Shown piece after piece: positions 50,586 through 59,955 of a stretch of 64,000 nt of DNA. This DNA is from Fibrobacteria bacterium (GTDB taxonomy: Bacteria > Fibrobacterota > Fibrobacteria > UBA11236), in the NCBI GenBank assembly GCA_041746255.1, contig JBGTHM010000019.1, positions 32,001 through 96,000 of the forward strand, given 5' to 3'. Numbering within the stretch: the stretch's first letter is position 1; the number at the start of each line of letters is the position of its first letter. Position numbers and translations under genes: made by a program. The notes under the pieces were generated by a model that saw only the letters and a list, made by a program, of their open reading frames with translations, did no database searches and was not told where the DNA came from.

Positions 50586-51494
50586 ATGCATGTCCTTATT
50601 GCCGGAGGTACAGGCTTTATCGGTGCCCGGTTGGTCAAAGGCCTCTTGGAGGCCGGGCATGAAGTCTCGCTGGTGTCCCGCAGCGGCAAATCACGTTTTG
50701 ACGGGGTGAAGGTCCATAATTGGAATCCCACAGAGGGGAAAATGGATGCTTCGGCCCTGGACGGGGTCGACGCGGTGATAAACCTGGCGGGTGATAGTAT
50801 TGCGGGTGGTCCGTGGACCAGGGATAAGAAACGCTCCATCCGGGATTCGCGCGTCTTATCCACACGTTTATTGGTGGATGCCATCGCCCGGATCGAGAAG
50901 CGACCCCAAGTTTTTGTTTCCGCTTCGGGGGCAGGTTATTATGGCCATACCGGCGAGGTCTGGGTGGACGAGGAAAAGCCGCCGGGAAAGGATTTCTTAA
51001 GCGGGGTTTGCGCGGAGTGGGAGAACGAAGCGCGCCGCGCGGAAGCGCTCGGGTTACGCACGGTGCGTGTCCGTACCGGGCTGACTCTGGGCCAGGGGGG
51101 ATTTTTGTCTCCCCTGAAATGGCCATTTCGCATGGGATTGGGCGCAGTGTTGGGCAATGGCCGGCAATACATGAGCTGGATTCACATTGAGGACTTGGTC
51201 AACCTCTACCTGCATGTTCTCACCCACGAAACGCTAAGTGAAGCGGTGAACGCGGGAGCGCCCAATCCGGTCACCAATGCGGTTTTCAGTCGCACCCTGG
51301 CATCGACCCTGGGTAGACCCCTGTTTTTGCGGGTTCCCTCGCCCGCCATTCTAATCCTGGGGCGTAGCTTCGGGCGGGAATTACTGTTGACGGGCCAACG
51401 CATGAAGGTCGATAAAATCCTATCCACCGGCTTCACTTTCCATTATGATTATTTGGAAGACGCCCTTCGTGAAATTTTCACGTCCTCACTTTAG
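50586..51494 (+). CDS. TIGR01777 family NAD-dependent epimerase-like protein
   Basis: GGTGFIG, VINLAG, SRV.ST, G.GRQYMSWIH. Confidence 0.93.
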   Translation: MHVLIAGGTGFIGARLVKGLLEAGHEVSLVSRSGKSRFDGVKVHNWNPTEGKMDASALDGVDAVINLAGDSIAGGPWTRDKKRSIRDSRVLSTRLLVDAIARIEKRPQVFVSASGAGYYGHTGEVWVDEEKPPGKDFLSGVCAEWENEARRAEALGLRTVRVRTGLTLGQGGFLSPLKWPFRMGLGAVLGNGRQYMSWIHIEDLVNLYLHVLTHETLSEAVNAGAPNPVTNAVFSRTLASTLGRPLFLRVPSPAILILGRSFGRELLLTGQRMKVDKILSTGFTFHYDYLEDALREIFTSSL

Positions 51495-52407
51495 CCAGGC
51501 GCCGGTCACGGGTTGAATCGTCGCGCGGATCGAGATGGATATTAATCACCCAACGAGCGCTGCGTAATTTCCGAATCCGCATCTCGATTTCATCGGCAAC
51601 GCCATGGGCCTCTCCCAAGGTGATGTTCTCGTCGAAAACCAGATGGAATTCTACGAAATGGGTGTCGCCGGCCCGGCGGGTTTTGAGTTCATGCATGCCG
51701 GATATCAACGGACTGTGCGTCGAAGCGATGTCCCGGATTTTTTCGACCAATTCATTTTCCAATGACCGGTCCATGAGCATTTGTGTGCCTTTATGCACCA
51801 GCTTGGAGGCGGAGAATAGGATATACCCGGCAATCCCCAATGCTACCAAGGGATCCAGTAGCGTCCAGCCGGTAAAATAAATCAGAACCAGGGCAATCAG
51901 GATGCCGGCGTTGCTCAAAAGGTCGGTAGTGTAATGCAATGCGTCAGCTTCGATAATGAGACTTCCCGTTCGGGATTGAACGCTACGGAGATAAGTGACG
52001 AGCGCCAGCGTCACTAATACCGAAATCGCCATCACCGCCATGGCCCAGAATAAGGGAAATGCGGCGGGCTCGGGATGTAAAAATTTGTTGAACGCCTGGT
52101 AGCAGATGAAGAGAGCGGAGGCGATAATGAGGAGTCCCTCCAACGTGGAGGCGATTCCCTCGATTTTTCCCCGACCGTAATTGTATGCGTCGTCATTGGG
52201 TTTCGCGGCACTGATAATGGCAATCAGGTTGAACCCGGAGACCAGGAAGTCCAACATGGAATCCACAGCCGATGCCAACACGGAAACGGTTCCCGTCAGC
52301 CAGCCTACTGTCAACTTGATGGAAATCAGGAATAACGAGGTGCCGGCCGCCACCAGAATGGCCCGCCGTTTAAGGGCATGGTGCTGGGTGGTGGTCAATT
52401 CGCTCAT
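51478..52407 (-). CDS. fieF: Cation diffusion facilitator (FieF-like)
   Basis: SAVDSMLD, YGRGKIE, ADALHYTTD, HELKTR, IHLDP. Confidence 0.9.
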   Translation of the reverse strand: MSELTTTQHHALKRRAILVAAGTSLFLISIKLTVGWLTGTVSVLASAVDSMLDFLVSGFNLIAIISAAKPNDDAYNYGRGKIEGIASTLEGLLIIASALFICYQAFNKFLHPEPAAFPLFWAMAVMAISVLVTLALVTYLRSVQSRTGSLIIEADALHYTTDLLSNAGILIALVLIYFTGWTLLDPLVALGIAGYILFSASKLVHKGTQMLMDRSLENELVEKIRDIASTHSPLISGMHELKTRRAGDTHFVEFHLVFDENITLGEAHGVADEIEMRIRKLRSARWVINIHLDPRDDSTRDRRLAKVRT

Positions 52408-52576
52408 GATAAAGTTCGGCGTTCCCGTGAAGGCGCCGGAAGGGGTAAAAATAGTTCCTCGACGGAGTCAGCGAGAGGATTTTTCGTGCCCAATATAGCT
52501 TTAGAAGGCTATCATGAAAGGACTTTGAATTCCTCCCAACCGAAGCACCGGGTTAACCCTCGCGGAATCTTTTCGA

Positions 52577-53713
52577 ATGAAGGATAAGCCCCTGCTGGTG
52601 CTTTCACACGAGTTCCCTCCGGCGGGTGGGGGCGCGGGTCGTAACTTAGCGTTGCTTTGCGAAGAGCTATACCGTAGGAATATTCCCCTGGAAGTTTGGA
52701 CTACGGGGCTAAAGGAGGAGGATGCGGGATTTCCCTTCCGGGTCCGCCGATTATCAAAGGGGCGGAAACACCGGTTCGAAACGAATTTTCCAAAAATGGC
52801 CCAATTTCTCATCCGGACGTTGGCGCAAGCAACGCTATCCTCCCGTCCTCGCGCGATTTTTTCGAATATGGCTTTGCCTGCGGGTTTGGTGGGCGGTTTG
52901 CTGGCCAGTTATTGGCAAGTGCCGCACATTATATGGCATCACGGAAGTGACGTTCATGCGGGGATGCCCAAGGGAGCGGGTATAATCCAGCGGGTTTTGT
53001 TACGCTTGGTGTGGCGAGGCTCGGAGCATGCCTTTTTCGTTTCGGAAAGCCTGATGCAAATGGCGGCGGGCTATGGTGAAATTCCGTCAGCGTCTATCTT
53101 GCCCTCCTTTCCCGATCCTCGATATGCACAAACAGCCGCAAGAATGAAAAGTGAAAAAACCGATTCGCATGGACGGAAATACTTTTTGTTCGCCGGGCGC
53201 TTTGAACCGGTGAAAAACCCCATGCTGATCTTGGAGGCGGCGGCGCTGTGGAAGTCCGGCGGCGAAGAACTCAGGCCGATAAGGCTGGTGGGACAGGGAA
53301 GCTTGAGTGGGGAGCTTCGGAAAAAGGTGAAGGATTTGGGATTGGAGCCTTTCGTTTCCATCGAAGATCCGGTATCGCCCGAGGCCATGTCGGATTTGTT
53401 CCTGGGCGCCTATGCCCTCTTGGCGCCTTCGAGGGCCGAAGGACTCTATACCACGATTTTGGAAGCGGCGGCTTTCGGCGTTCCGGTAATCGGATCCCGA
53501 ACCGTAGGAATTCAGGACGCCATTGAAAGTGGAATAACCGGTGCGCACTTTCAGGAAAACAGTCCGGAAGAATTGGCGAAAGCGATGATACGGTTATCCA
53601 GCGACGAAAATGTCCGAAAAGAAATGGGAGAAGCGGCTGCCCGGAAAAATACCGGGCTCACTCCGGCTCAAGCGGCGGATGTGTTTCTGGCATCGCTGGA
53701 TTTCCTCCGGTAA
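52577..53713 (+). CDS. Glycosyltransferase family 4
   Basis: EFPPAGGGAG, HGSDV, GRFEPVKN, EGLYTTILEA. Confidence 0.92.
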   Translation: MKDKPLLVLSHEFPPAGGGAGRNLALLCEELYRRNIPLEVWTTGLKEEDAGFPFRVRRLSKGRKHRFETNFPKMAQFLIRTLAQATLSSRPRAIFSNMALPAGLVGGLLASYWQVPHIIWHHGSDVHAGMPKGAGIIQRVLLRLVWRGSEHAFFVSESLMQMAAGYGEIPSASILPSFPDPRYAQTAARMKSEKTDSHGRKYFLFAGRFEPVKNPMLILEAAALWKSGGEELRPIRLVGQGSLSGELRKKVKDLGLEPFVSIEDPVSPEAMSDLFLGAYALLAPSRAEGLYTTILEAAAFGVPVIGSRTVGIQDAIESGITGAHFQENSPEELAKAMIRLSSDENVRKEMGEAAARKNTGLTPAQAADVFLASLDFLR

Positions 53714-54923
53714 GGCCCGTGCTTTCCAGAAATTCCGCCATCAATTCCGCAGCCCGTGCTTGTCCCCTGGAATTCCAATGGTCGTTGCCATATCGGAAAA
53801 AGTAGGAGCAGGCGTCTTCCCCGCTCCAGGCGTCGAAGAGGTTGAGAACCGGAAGTCCGTGGCGGCGGGATAGATCCGTCAAGATAGCCGTCAAGCGTTT
53901 GGAATCGTATTCGGGATAGGCTTGCCTATCGATAGGAATATCATAGTCCGGACAAATATCGGAGGGATGGGCGATTACGAGAATTGCCATGGGCAAGTTG
54001 TACTGCGTGGCCAGGGCTTTAAATTCCCCGAGCACGTGGTTCATTAATTCGATTTTGTAAAGTGAAGATGCGGATTGGGGATAAAAGGCGACATCCGCGT
54101 CATAGCTGTCATTCAGTAAATTATGCACTGTGTCGTTTCCATCCCGTACGAAACTATGGTATTGCTGCTCCGCGGCAAGCAAGGCCCGCTCCAAAGACCC
54201 GGTTAAATAATTTCGAATGGATTCTGCGTCGAGATAATCCCTTTCCTGCCTTTTTTTCCAATGGCGCCAGATCTGCAATCTTGAACGTCCCCGGGGAAAG
54301 GCGGCAAGGTTCAAGGTCGATTCCAATTCCGGGCTGAGGGAATAATTATTCCGAATAACTAAGCCTTCGGAGATTGCACGAAAAATTTTATTGCGTAATA
54401 AGTCACCGTAGTCATTTCCGGAATAAATGGAAACGATGACCACATCCGGGGAGAAGCGAGGGATGTCTTCTTCGAGCCGCAGGAGAATCTGATCCGGACC
54501 ATATCCGACTACGCCCGCATTCAAGACTTCCCAATCCGGGAGCTTGCGATCCAGATAGCGAACGAAGGTGCTTTCGATGGGGGAATATTCCGCGGCGATA
54601 TAGGAGTCGCCATATACCATCATCCTTTTTCCCTCCGACTTGGAATAGAATTCCCGCTCGCGAAACCCCAGACTGTTGATCCGAACGGGAATGCCGTCTG
54701 GGGTGTTGTCGGGATGGTCGATGAAAACCTTTCCCCCATGGGGAACATGTTTGTGTAGCACCCTATCGTCAGGTTGGTAAATGGAGGAATGTATGGGAGC
54801 AAACACTCGAAGGCCGACCTCAATCAAGAATACGCCGATAATAAGGGACCCGATTAGAAGGGCACTATTGAGAAAGGCATTCCGGAGGCGACGGCTATTC
54901 ATGAATCCGATAAAACCCCCCAT
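53658..54923 (-). CDS. Membrane-anchored SGNH/GDSL family protein
   Basis: N-terminal TM ending EVGLR; INSLGFR, GDSY (Ser), NAGVVGYG, GNDYGD, NDHWNSRG; TGATG overlap with carbamoyltransferase stop. Confidence 0.85.
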   Translation of the reverse strand: MGGFIGFMNSRRLRNAFLNSALLIGSLIIGVFLIEVGLRVFAPIHSSIYQPDDRVLHKHVPHGGKVFIDHPDNTPDGIPVRINSLGFREREFYSKSEGKRMMVYGDSYIAAEYSPIESTFVRYLDRKLPDWEVLNAGVVGYGPDQILLRLEEDIPRFSPDVVIVSIYSGNDYGDLLRNKIFRAISEGLVIRNNYSLSPELESTLNLAAFPRGRSRLQIWRHWKKRQERDYLDAESIRNYLTGSLERALLAAEQQYHSFVRDGNDTVHNLLNDSYDADVAFYPQSASSLYKIELMNHVLGEFKALATQYNLPMAILVIAHPSDICPDYDIPIDRQAYPEYDSKRLTAILTDLSRRHGLPVLNLFDAWSGEDACSYFFRYGNDHWNSRGQARAAELMAEFLESTGLTGGNPAMPETHPPLEPE

Positions 54924-56791
54924 CAATCGGGATCCGGAAGTTTATCTCCCTCGGCATCGCGCCAAAGAGGCTGTTCCGATTTGCGGAAAATGAAGTCTTC
55001 CATTACCAGGTAGTCCATATCGGTGCGCATAAAGCAGCGATAGGCTTGTTCCGGGTTGAGTACGATGGGTTCGCCGCGGACATTGAAGCTGGTATTGACC
55101 AGCATCCCCATGCCGGCTCTCCGCTTGAAGGCTTCGAGTAACAGACGGAAGGGCGGATTGGTGGTCCGGTTGACGGTTTGCACTCGGGCGGAATAATCCA
55201 CATGGGTAACCGCGGGAAAGGCGGAGCGTTTATGGTAGAGCCTCTCTAACAGGGTGGAGTTTCCGGAGTCCTCCAGCCAGGGAGAGCGCAACTCTTCCCG
55301 AACCGGAGCGACCACCAGCATATAGGGTGAATCATCTAACATATCGAAATATAGGGGGGCATCCTCCTCCAGTACAGCCGGGGCGAAGGGCCGGAACCCT
55401 TCCCGGAATTTTATTTTGAGATTGAGCTTCCTTTGCATATCCTCTCTCCGAGGATCGCCCAGAATACTACGGTTGCCCAGAGAGCGTGGCCCCCATTCCA
55501 TGCGCCCCTGAAACCAACCCACTACCGCGCCCTCGGCGAGATAACCGGAAACCTCTTCGCAAAGAGCCGCTAGCGATTCGGGGCGGTGAAAAACAGCGTT
55601 ATGGCGCCGGGCGGTGCGGGTAATTTCATCTGCACCGAAGCGAGGACCCAGATAGGATCCCCGCATGGCGTCGCTTTCGCGTACGGCTGGGCGTGCACCC
55701 CCCATACCGATATGGTAAGCGGCATAGGCTGCGCCCAAAGCGCCTCCCGCATCTCCCGCCGCCGGTTGAATCCAGATGCGTTGGAAAATATTTTCACGCA
55801 GCAGTTTTCCGTTGGCGGTGCAATTCAGGGCCACGCCTCCCGCCAAGACCAGGTTTTCACTTCCGGTAAGTTTACGCGCGGTATGCGCCAGACGTAGCAT
55901 GATTTCTTCCGTCACTTCTTGAGCCGCCAATGCGAGATTCATGTCGGCTTGCGTCAACGGGGTTTCGGCTAAGCGACGGGGCCTGCCGAAAAGCGCCGCC
56001 CATTTTTCATCGCGGCACATGCGTAATCCCACGGGAAAATCGAAATAGTCCAGGTTCAGAAGAAGTGAACCATCGTCACGGACATCCACTAGTTCCGCCA
56101 GGATACGCTCTTTGTAAGTCGAGACGGCGGCGCTACCGGCGGAACCGTAAGGCGCCAATCCCATCAATTTGTATTCGCCGGAATTCACTTTGAATCCCAG
56201 AAAGTAGGTGAAGGCGCTATAGAGCAATCCCAAGGAATGGGGGAAGGCCAGCTCGCGGAGTACGCGTATATCGCGCCCGCTACCCAATGCGATGGATGTG
56301 GTGGTCCATTCGCCGACTCCATCGACCGTCAATATGGCGGCTTCATTAAAAGGTGAAGGATAAAATGCGCTGGCTCCATGGGACAGGTGATGCTCGGGGA
56401 AAAATAATTCAGGGCGACGCTTGAGAGGCCTGGCCGCGGCTGCTTCCAAGCCCTGCCACAAGGCGCGTTTCAAAAACAGTTTTTGTTGAATCCATATCGG
56501 CATGGCTTGCCAAAAACTAAGCAATCCCCTCGGGGCGAAAGCATGGTAGGTTTCCAATAGGCGTTCGAATTTGAGAAAAGGTTTGTCATAAAAAGCGATG
56601 GCATCCAGCTCATCGACATCCACGCCCGCCTCCTCGAGTACGTAGCGCACGGAGTTGAGTGGGAAAGATTCGTCATGACGCTTGCGTGTGAAGCGTTCTT
56701 CATGCGCGGCGGCCAGGATTTCCCCATCGCATAAGAGCGCGGCGGCGCTGTCATGGTAAAAACCGGAAATTCCGAGGATCCGTAGGGGCAT
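54923..56791 (-). CDS. O-carbamoyltransferase (NodU/CmcH/SxtI family)
   Basis: ILGISGFYHDSAA, EHHLSHGAS, GEYKLMGLAPYG, AGGVALNC, EWGPRSLGNRS, FREGFRPFAP, NTSFNVRGEP; start MPLRIL at 56791. Confidence 0.96.
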   Translation of the reverse strand: MPLRILGISGFYHDSAAALLCDGEILAAAHEERFTRKRHDESFPLNSVRYVLEEAGVDVDELDAIAFYDKPFLKFERLLETYHAFAPRGLLSFWQAMPIWIQQKLFLKRALWQGLEAAAARPLKRRPELFFPEHHLSHGASAFYPSPFNEAAILTVDGVGEWTTTSIALGSGRDIRVLRELAFPHSLGLLYSAFTYFLGFKVNSGEYKLMGLAPYGSAGSAAVSTYKERILAELVDVRDDGSLLLNLDYFDFPVGLRMCRDEKWAALFGRPRRLAETPLTQADMNLALAAQEVTEEIMLRLAHTARKLTGSENLVLAGGVALNCTANGKLLRENIFQRIWIQPAAGDAGGALGAAYAAYHIGMGGARPAVRESDAMRGSYLGPRFGADEITRTARRHNAVFHRPESLAALCEEVSGYLAEGAVVGWFQGRMEWGPRSLGNRSILGDPRREDMQRKLNLKIKFREGFRPFAPAVLEEDAPLYFDMLDDSPYMLVVAPVREELRSPWLEDSGNSTLLERLYHKRSAFPAVTHVDYSARVQTVNRTTNPPFRLLLEAFKRRAGMGMLVNTSFNVRGEPIVLNPEQAYRCFMRTDMDYLVMEDFIFRKSEQPLWRDAEGDKLPDPD

Positions 56792-56799
56792 GACCGGCT

Positions 56800-56949
56800 T
56801 TAAAACAAGGTGTATATGAAAGGGGCTATGGAGGACCCGCTGGAAAGCACTATCAAGGCGCCGAAAAGCAGCATGATGAGGATGATGGGAAGTAGCCAGA
56901 ATTTTTTGCGGTGCCTCATAAAGCCCCATAGGTCCTTGAATAAATCCAT
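56800..56949 (-). CDS. Small membrane protein, SxtK/DUF5989-like
   Basis: MDLFKDLWGFMRHRKKFWLLPIILIMLLFGALIVLSSGSSIAPFIYTLF. Confidence 0.9.
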   Translation of the reverse strand: MDLFKDLWGFMRHRKKFWLLPIILIMLLFGALIVLSSGSSIAPFIYTLF

Positions 56950-56974
56950 CTCGATTATCCTATTTGAGGGGTGT

Positions 56975-57358
56975 TCAGTAAGGCGCCTGCAAGTCTTTTT
57001 TGGTGAAGGCATGATCCCGGTCGACGAAAACGGAGCATCCGTCTTTTTTCCATTCGCGTAGGCGCATGGGGTCCGCGCCGAACATGCGCCGAATCAGGCC
57101 GACGGGAGTGGCGACGAAAAAATAGACCAAGGTTAAAATCACCTTCGACATGACCGTTCCGAGTTTTTCGGAGAAGCCGAACCAGGGCGCTGCCAAGGGA
57201 CGGAACAAGAGGGGCGCCGTCATGGCCAATACCAACACTACCAATGCGCCTGCGGTCCACAACCCTCCATCGCGGAATTGATGGATGATAAGCAGGACCA
57301 GCACCAGGGCCAATCCCGTATCTCTCGCCCTATCCTTTTGTAAATCGGGTTTGATCAT
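56975..57358 (-). CDS. SxtJ-like membrane protein
   Basis: RDTGL..., P.LFRPL...W..F...LG.VMSKVILTLVYFFVATPVGL..R.FG.DPM...DL..PY; ATGA overlap with upstream GT-C gene. Confidence 0.88.
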   Translation of the reverse strand: MIKPDLQKDRARDTGLALVLVLLIIHQFRDGGLWTAGALVVLVLAMTAPLLFRPLAAPWFGFSEKLGTVMSKVILTLVYFFVATPVGLIRRMFGADPMRLREWKKDGCSVFVDRDHAFTKKDLQAPY

Positions 57359-58941
57359 TGCCTGTCCAGCGCACGGATTCGGAAGTAAACCGCCAATTTC
57401 CCTGTCGTCAAAGTGTCCAGCTTAAGGCCGTCCGCCTCCATCCGGGCTATTGCCTGTTGCATTTCGTCGTCTTGGATTTCCGTATGGGTAAGCATAACAT
57501 ACTGAGGATTGAATTGCTTTCGACTTCGTTCTACCCACAGCGAGTCGCGAAACTCGTTCAAGCCGATACAATGGGCCTGGGTCAGAAAATTGACCTGGCA
57601 CAGTTGTCGGGCATAGTAGGTTTCCCGGGGATGCAAGAGAGCTTTTTGGATAGTCAAATGTTCCTGAATCTCAGATCGCCAGGATGAGGAATCGCTGTAA
57701 AATTTTTGGAAAAACCGATGGGGATGGTAAAACGAAAACGCCAAAGCCAATAGAACGAAGAGGGCGGCCGCATGCCCTACTCTTTTCGCATGTAGGCGTA
57801 ACTGTGGGGTCGCCATCGCCCACCGAATTCCCCGAAAGGTTTCGCCCAGACCATAAGCAAACAACAGGGGAAGGAAAGAACTGAAATACCGGGCTCCGGC
57901 CCAAGATCCGTAGGAAACGTAAACGCAGGCCAAAAAGGTCAGCAGAAAGCCGGCGGCCGCAAAGGGACTGTAAAAGGGGCGGCGGAAAAATAAAGCGCCG
58001 GCCACGGTCAGCAAGGGTAGGATCTGGCGGCCATGTTCATAAAAATCCAGGGCTTTCCAAAATCCTCCGATTCCCTGTACCATGCGCTGCAGCGGAAAAA
58101 GAATTCCGTGGCGGGTTAAAAATTCCAGCATGGACAAGGTGGTGGACTCGTCATTGGAGGCCCGCAACAGGCCTGCGTTTCCGGCGAAGTGAAAGGGGTT
58201 TCCAAAATGCAACGCGGTACGCATAAGCCAAGGAGACATGACAACCGCCATGGCCAGAAAAGCGAAGCTCAGGTGGGAAAGCGGCAGGGAATGCGATTTT
58301 CGTCGGCGGAAAAAATGCCAGGCGATGGCAGGAGCGAATAGCAGGGCGTTAGGTCGCACCAGATAAAGCAGACCGACTCCGGCTCCAAGCAGCATCCACC
58401 AAACGCGCCGGCTTTCGCCGCCGTTTATCGAATGCGCAATCACCGCAACCAAAACCAGTCCGAATAGGCCTTCGGAATAAATTCGGGTATTCCAATGCAA
58501 TTGATGCAGCGAAAATAATATGAGCAGCAATGAACCCCAAGCGGCATAGCGGCCATAGAGGCGCCGAGTCAGAAAAAACACCGATAAAGCAAAACCATAA
58601 TAGAGTAGGGTTATAACCCCGAATGCCACGCCAAGCGAGGGACCGGCCGGCCAAAAAGCCCAGGCCAACAGCAGGGTGAGCCCCGGATAGCGGAAATCGT
58701 CGGGGCGGGGCAATTGGTAGGGTGTTAACCAATGGTTTTCCAGCCACCGGGTCGTAAAGCCGTTGCCCTGTGCCAGTTCCGCTGCTACGGCTAGCCAGGA
58801 CCCTTCGTCTCCCTGGGGAAGCCCATAATGGTTGAGCCGCAGCAGTATAAAATGGAGTCCAAGTCCTAAAAGCAATAGGACTCCGGTAATTTCCGCGCCC
58901 TGCTTTAGGTGATAGGCGAAGCGATGGCTTAGGGTGTGCAT
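57355..58941 (-). CDS. GT-C fold glycosyltransferase (ArnT/PMT-like)
   Basis: First TM followed by GDE loop motif; YPG, YSEGLF, YLVRPN, PWLMR, RYF..FLP; many TMs. Confidence 0.82.
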   Translation of the reverse strand: MHTLSHRFAYHLKQGAEITGVLLLLGLGLHFILLRLNHYGLPQGDEGSWLAVAAELAQGNGFTTRWLENHWLTPYQLPRPDDFRYPGLTLLLAWAFWPAGPSLGVAFGVITLLYYGFALSVFFLTRRLYGRYAAWGSLLLILFSLHQLHWNTRIYSEGLFGLVLVAVIAHSINGGESRRVWWMLLGAGVGLLYLVRPNALLFAPAIAWHFFRRRKSHSLPLSHLSFAFLAMAVVMSPWLMRTALHFGNPFHFAGNAGLLRASNDESTTLSMLEFLTRHGILFPLQRMVQGIGGFWKALDFYEHGRQILPLLTVAGALFFRRPFYSPFAAAGFLLTFLACVYVSYGSWAGARYFSSFLPLLFAYGLGETFRGIRWAMATPQLRLHAKRVGHAAALFVLLALAFSFYHPHRFFQKFYSDSSSWRSEIQEHLTIQKALLHPRETYYARQLCQVNFLTQAHCIGLNEFRDSLWVERSRKQFNPQYVMLTHTEIQDDEMQQAIARMEADGLKLDTLTTGKLAVYFRIRALDRQ

Positions 58942-58954
58942 TCCGTTTTCTTTT

Positions 58955-59812
58955 TCAGACGCTCACCGGCTTGCGGGCAAGAAGAGCGACCATGGTTACG
59001 GACATATCCTTCTCGGAATACGCTTTAAAATCAGGATGCAACTTGGGTTTGACTCGAGCATAAGCCTCCGAATCCCTACCCAACGGTTTTAGGACTATGG
59101 ATTCGAATCCCACTTTGCGGCAAAGTTCTTCATAGTCCAAAATACGCAGACGGTTATGGTATCCGCGCCCTCCTTTCAGGGAGGTCAGGTATTTTTCCCA
59201 AACCCGTCGCGAAAAAGTGAGCATCTCGAAGGGATAGCGGAAATAATGATCACGCAAGTCGATGATATGCAGCATATAACCGCCTTCGCGTAACACCCGC
59301 CGACACTCATCGAAAACCTCAGACATATTCGGAACGAATTGCAAAACCAGCGAAGACAGCACCAAATTCTGAGAGGAATCCGGGCAGGGAAGCTTGTCGG
59401 CCATACCGGCATACAGATGGACTTTTTCCGGTTTAAAACCGTCGTCCCCGATAATCTCCTCCAAATCCGGTGCATTCGGAATGGCTTCCGGTCCGTGGTC
59501 CCAAAAATATTGCATGCGCTGCTTCAGCTTAAGGGGCTGCAAATCACGCACGAAAGGTTCTTGCAAGTGGACTTTCCGGACTCCTAACTTGAACAGTAGC
59601 GCCGAAAATGGATTGTAAGTGCCCGGGCCGATTTCCAAAACTTTAGCGCCAGTTAAAGGGATGTCCTGCTCCTGTAATATCCGCGCGTAAAGCCAGGCAT
59701 CGTCCCCGATTGTTTCCGGCGTGGTCTTATCGCGCGATGCCAAGGCATAAGTCAGTCCCGGAGGAACCCACCGACGGAGAAAACGATAGGCGATATAGCG
59801 CAAATTGGCCAA
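58955..59812 (-). CDS. Class I SAM-dependent methyltransferase
   Basis: VLEIGPG, RVLREGG, H.IDLRDH, NRLR. Confidence 0.88.
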   Translation of the reverse strand: MANLRYIAYRFLRRWVPPGLTYALASRDKTTPETIGDDAWLYARILQEQDIPLTGAKVLEIGPGTYNPFSALLFKLGVRKVHLQEPFVRDLQPLKLKQRMQYFWDHGPEAIPNAPDLEEIIGDDGFKPEKVHLYAGMADKLPCPDSSQNLVLSSLVLQFVPNMSEVFDECRRVLREGGYMLHIIDLRDHYFRYPFEMLTFSRRVWEKYLTSLKGGRGYHNRLRILDYEELCRKVGFESIVLKPLGRDSEAYARVKPKLHPDFKAYSEKDMSVTMVALLARKPVSV

Positions 59813-59955
59813 TGATTGACCTTTCAGACCCCGGGAAAGAGCCGGGAATCCGTATGGCTACCATACCATTTCGGGACAGGTCGTGGCCAGAAGGAATACT
59901 CCACCAGAGGGATTGGCAATTCAGACCCAAAGTGTGAAATAATGGAAGCAACTTC

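Noticed and set aside
56792..56929. N-terminal extension of the carbamoyltransferase ORF
   Set aside because: Overlaps the SxtK-like gene; family similarity starts at MPLRILGIS
53658..57358. Saxitoxin biosynthesis cluster (sxtI/J/K/L-like genes)
   Set aside because: No sxtA PKS, amidinotransferase or other sxt core genes in the window; the neighbours are glycosyltransferases
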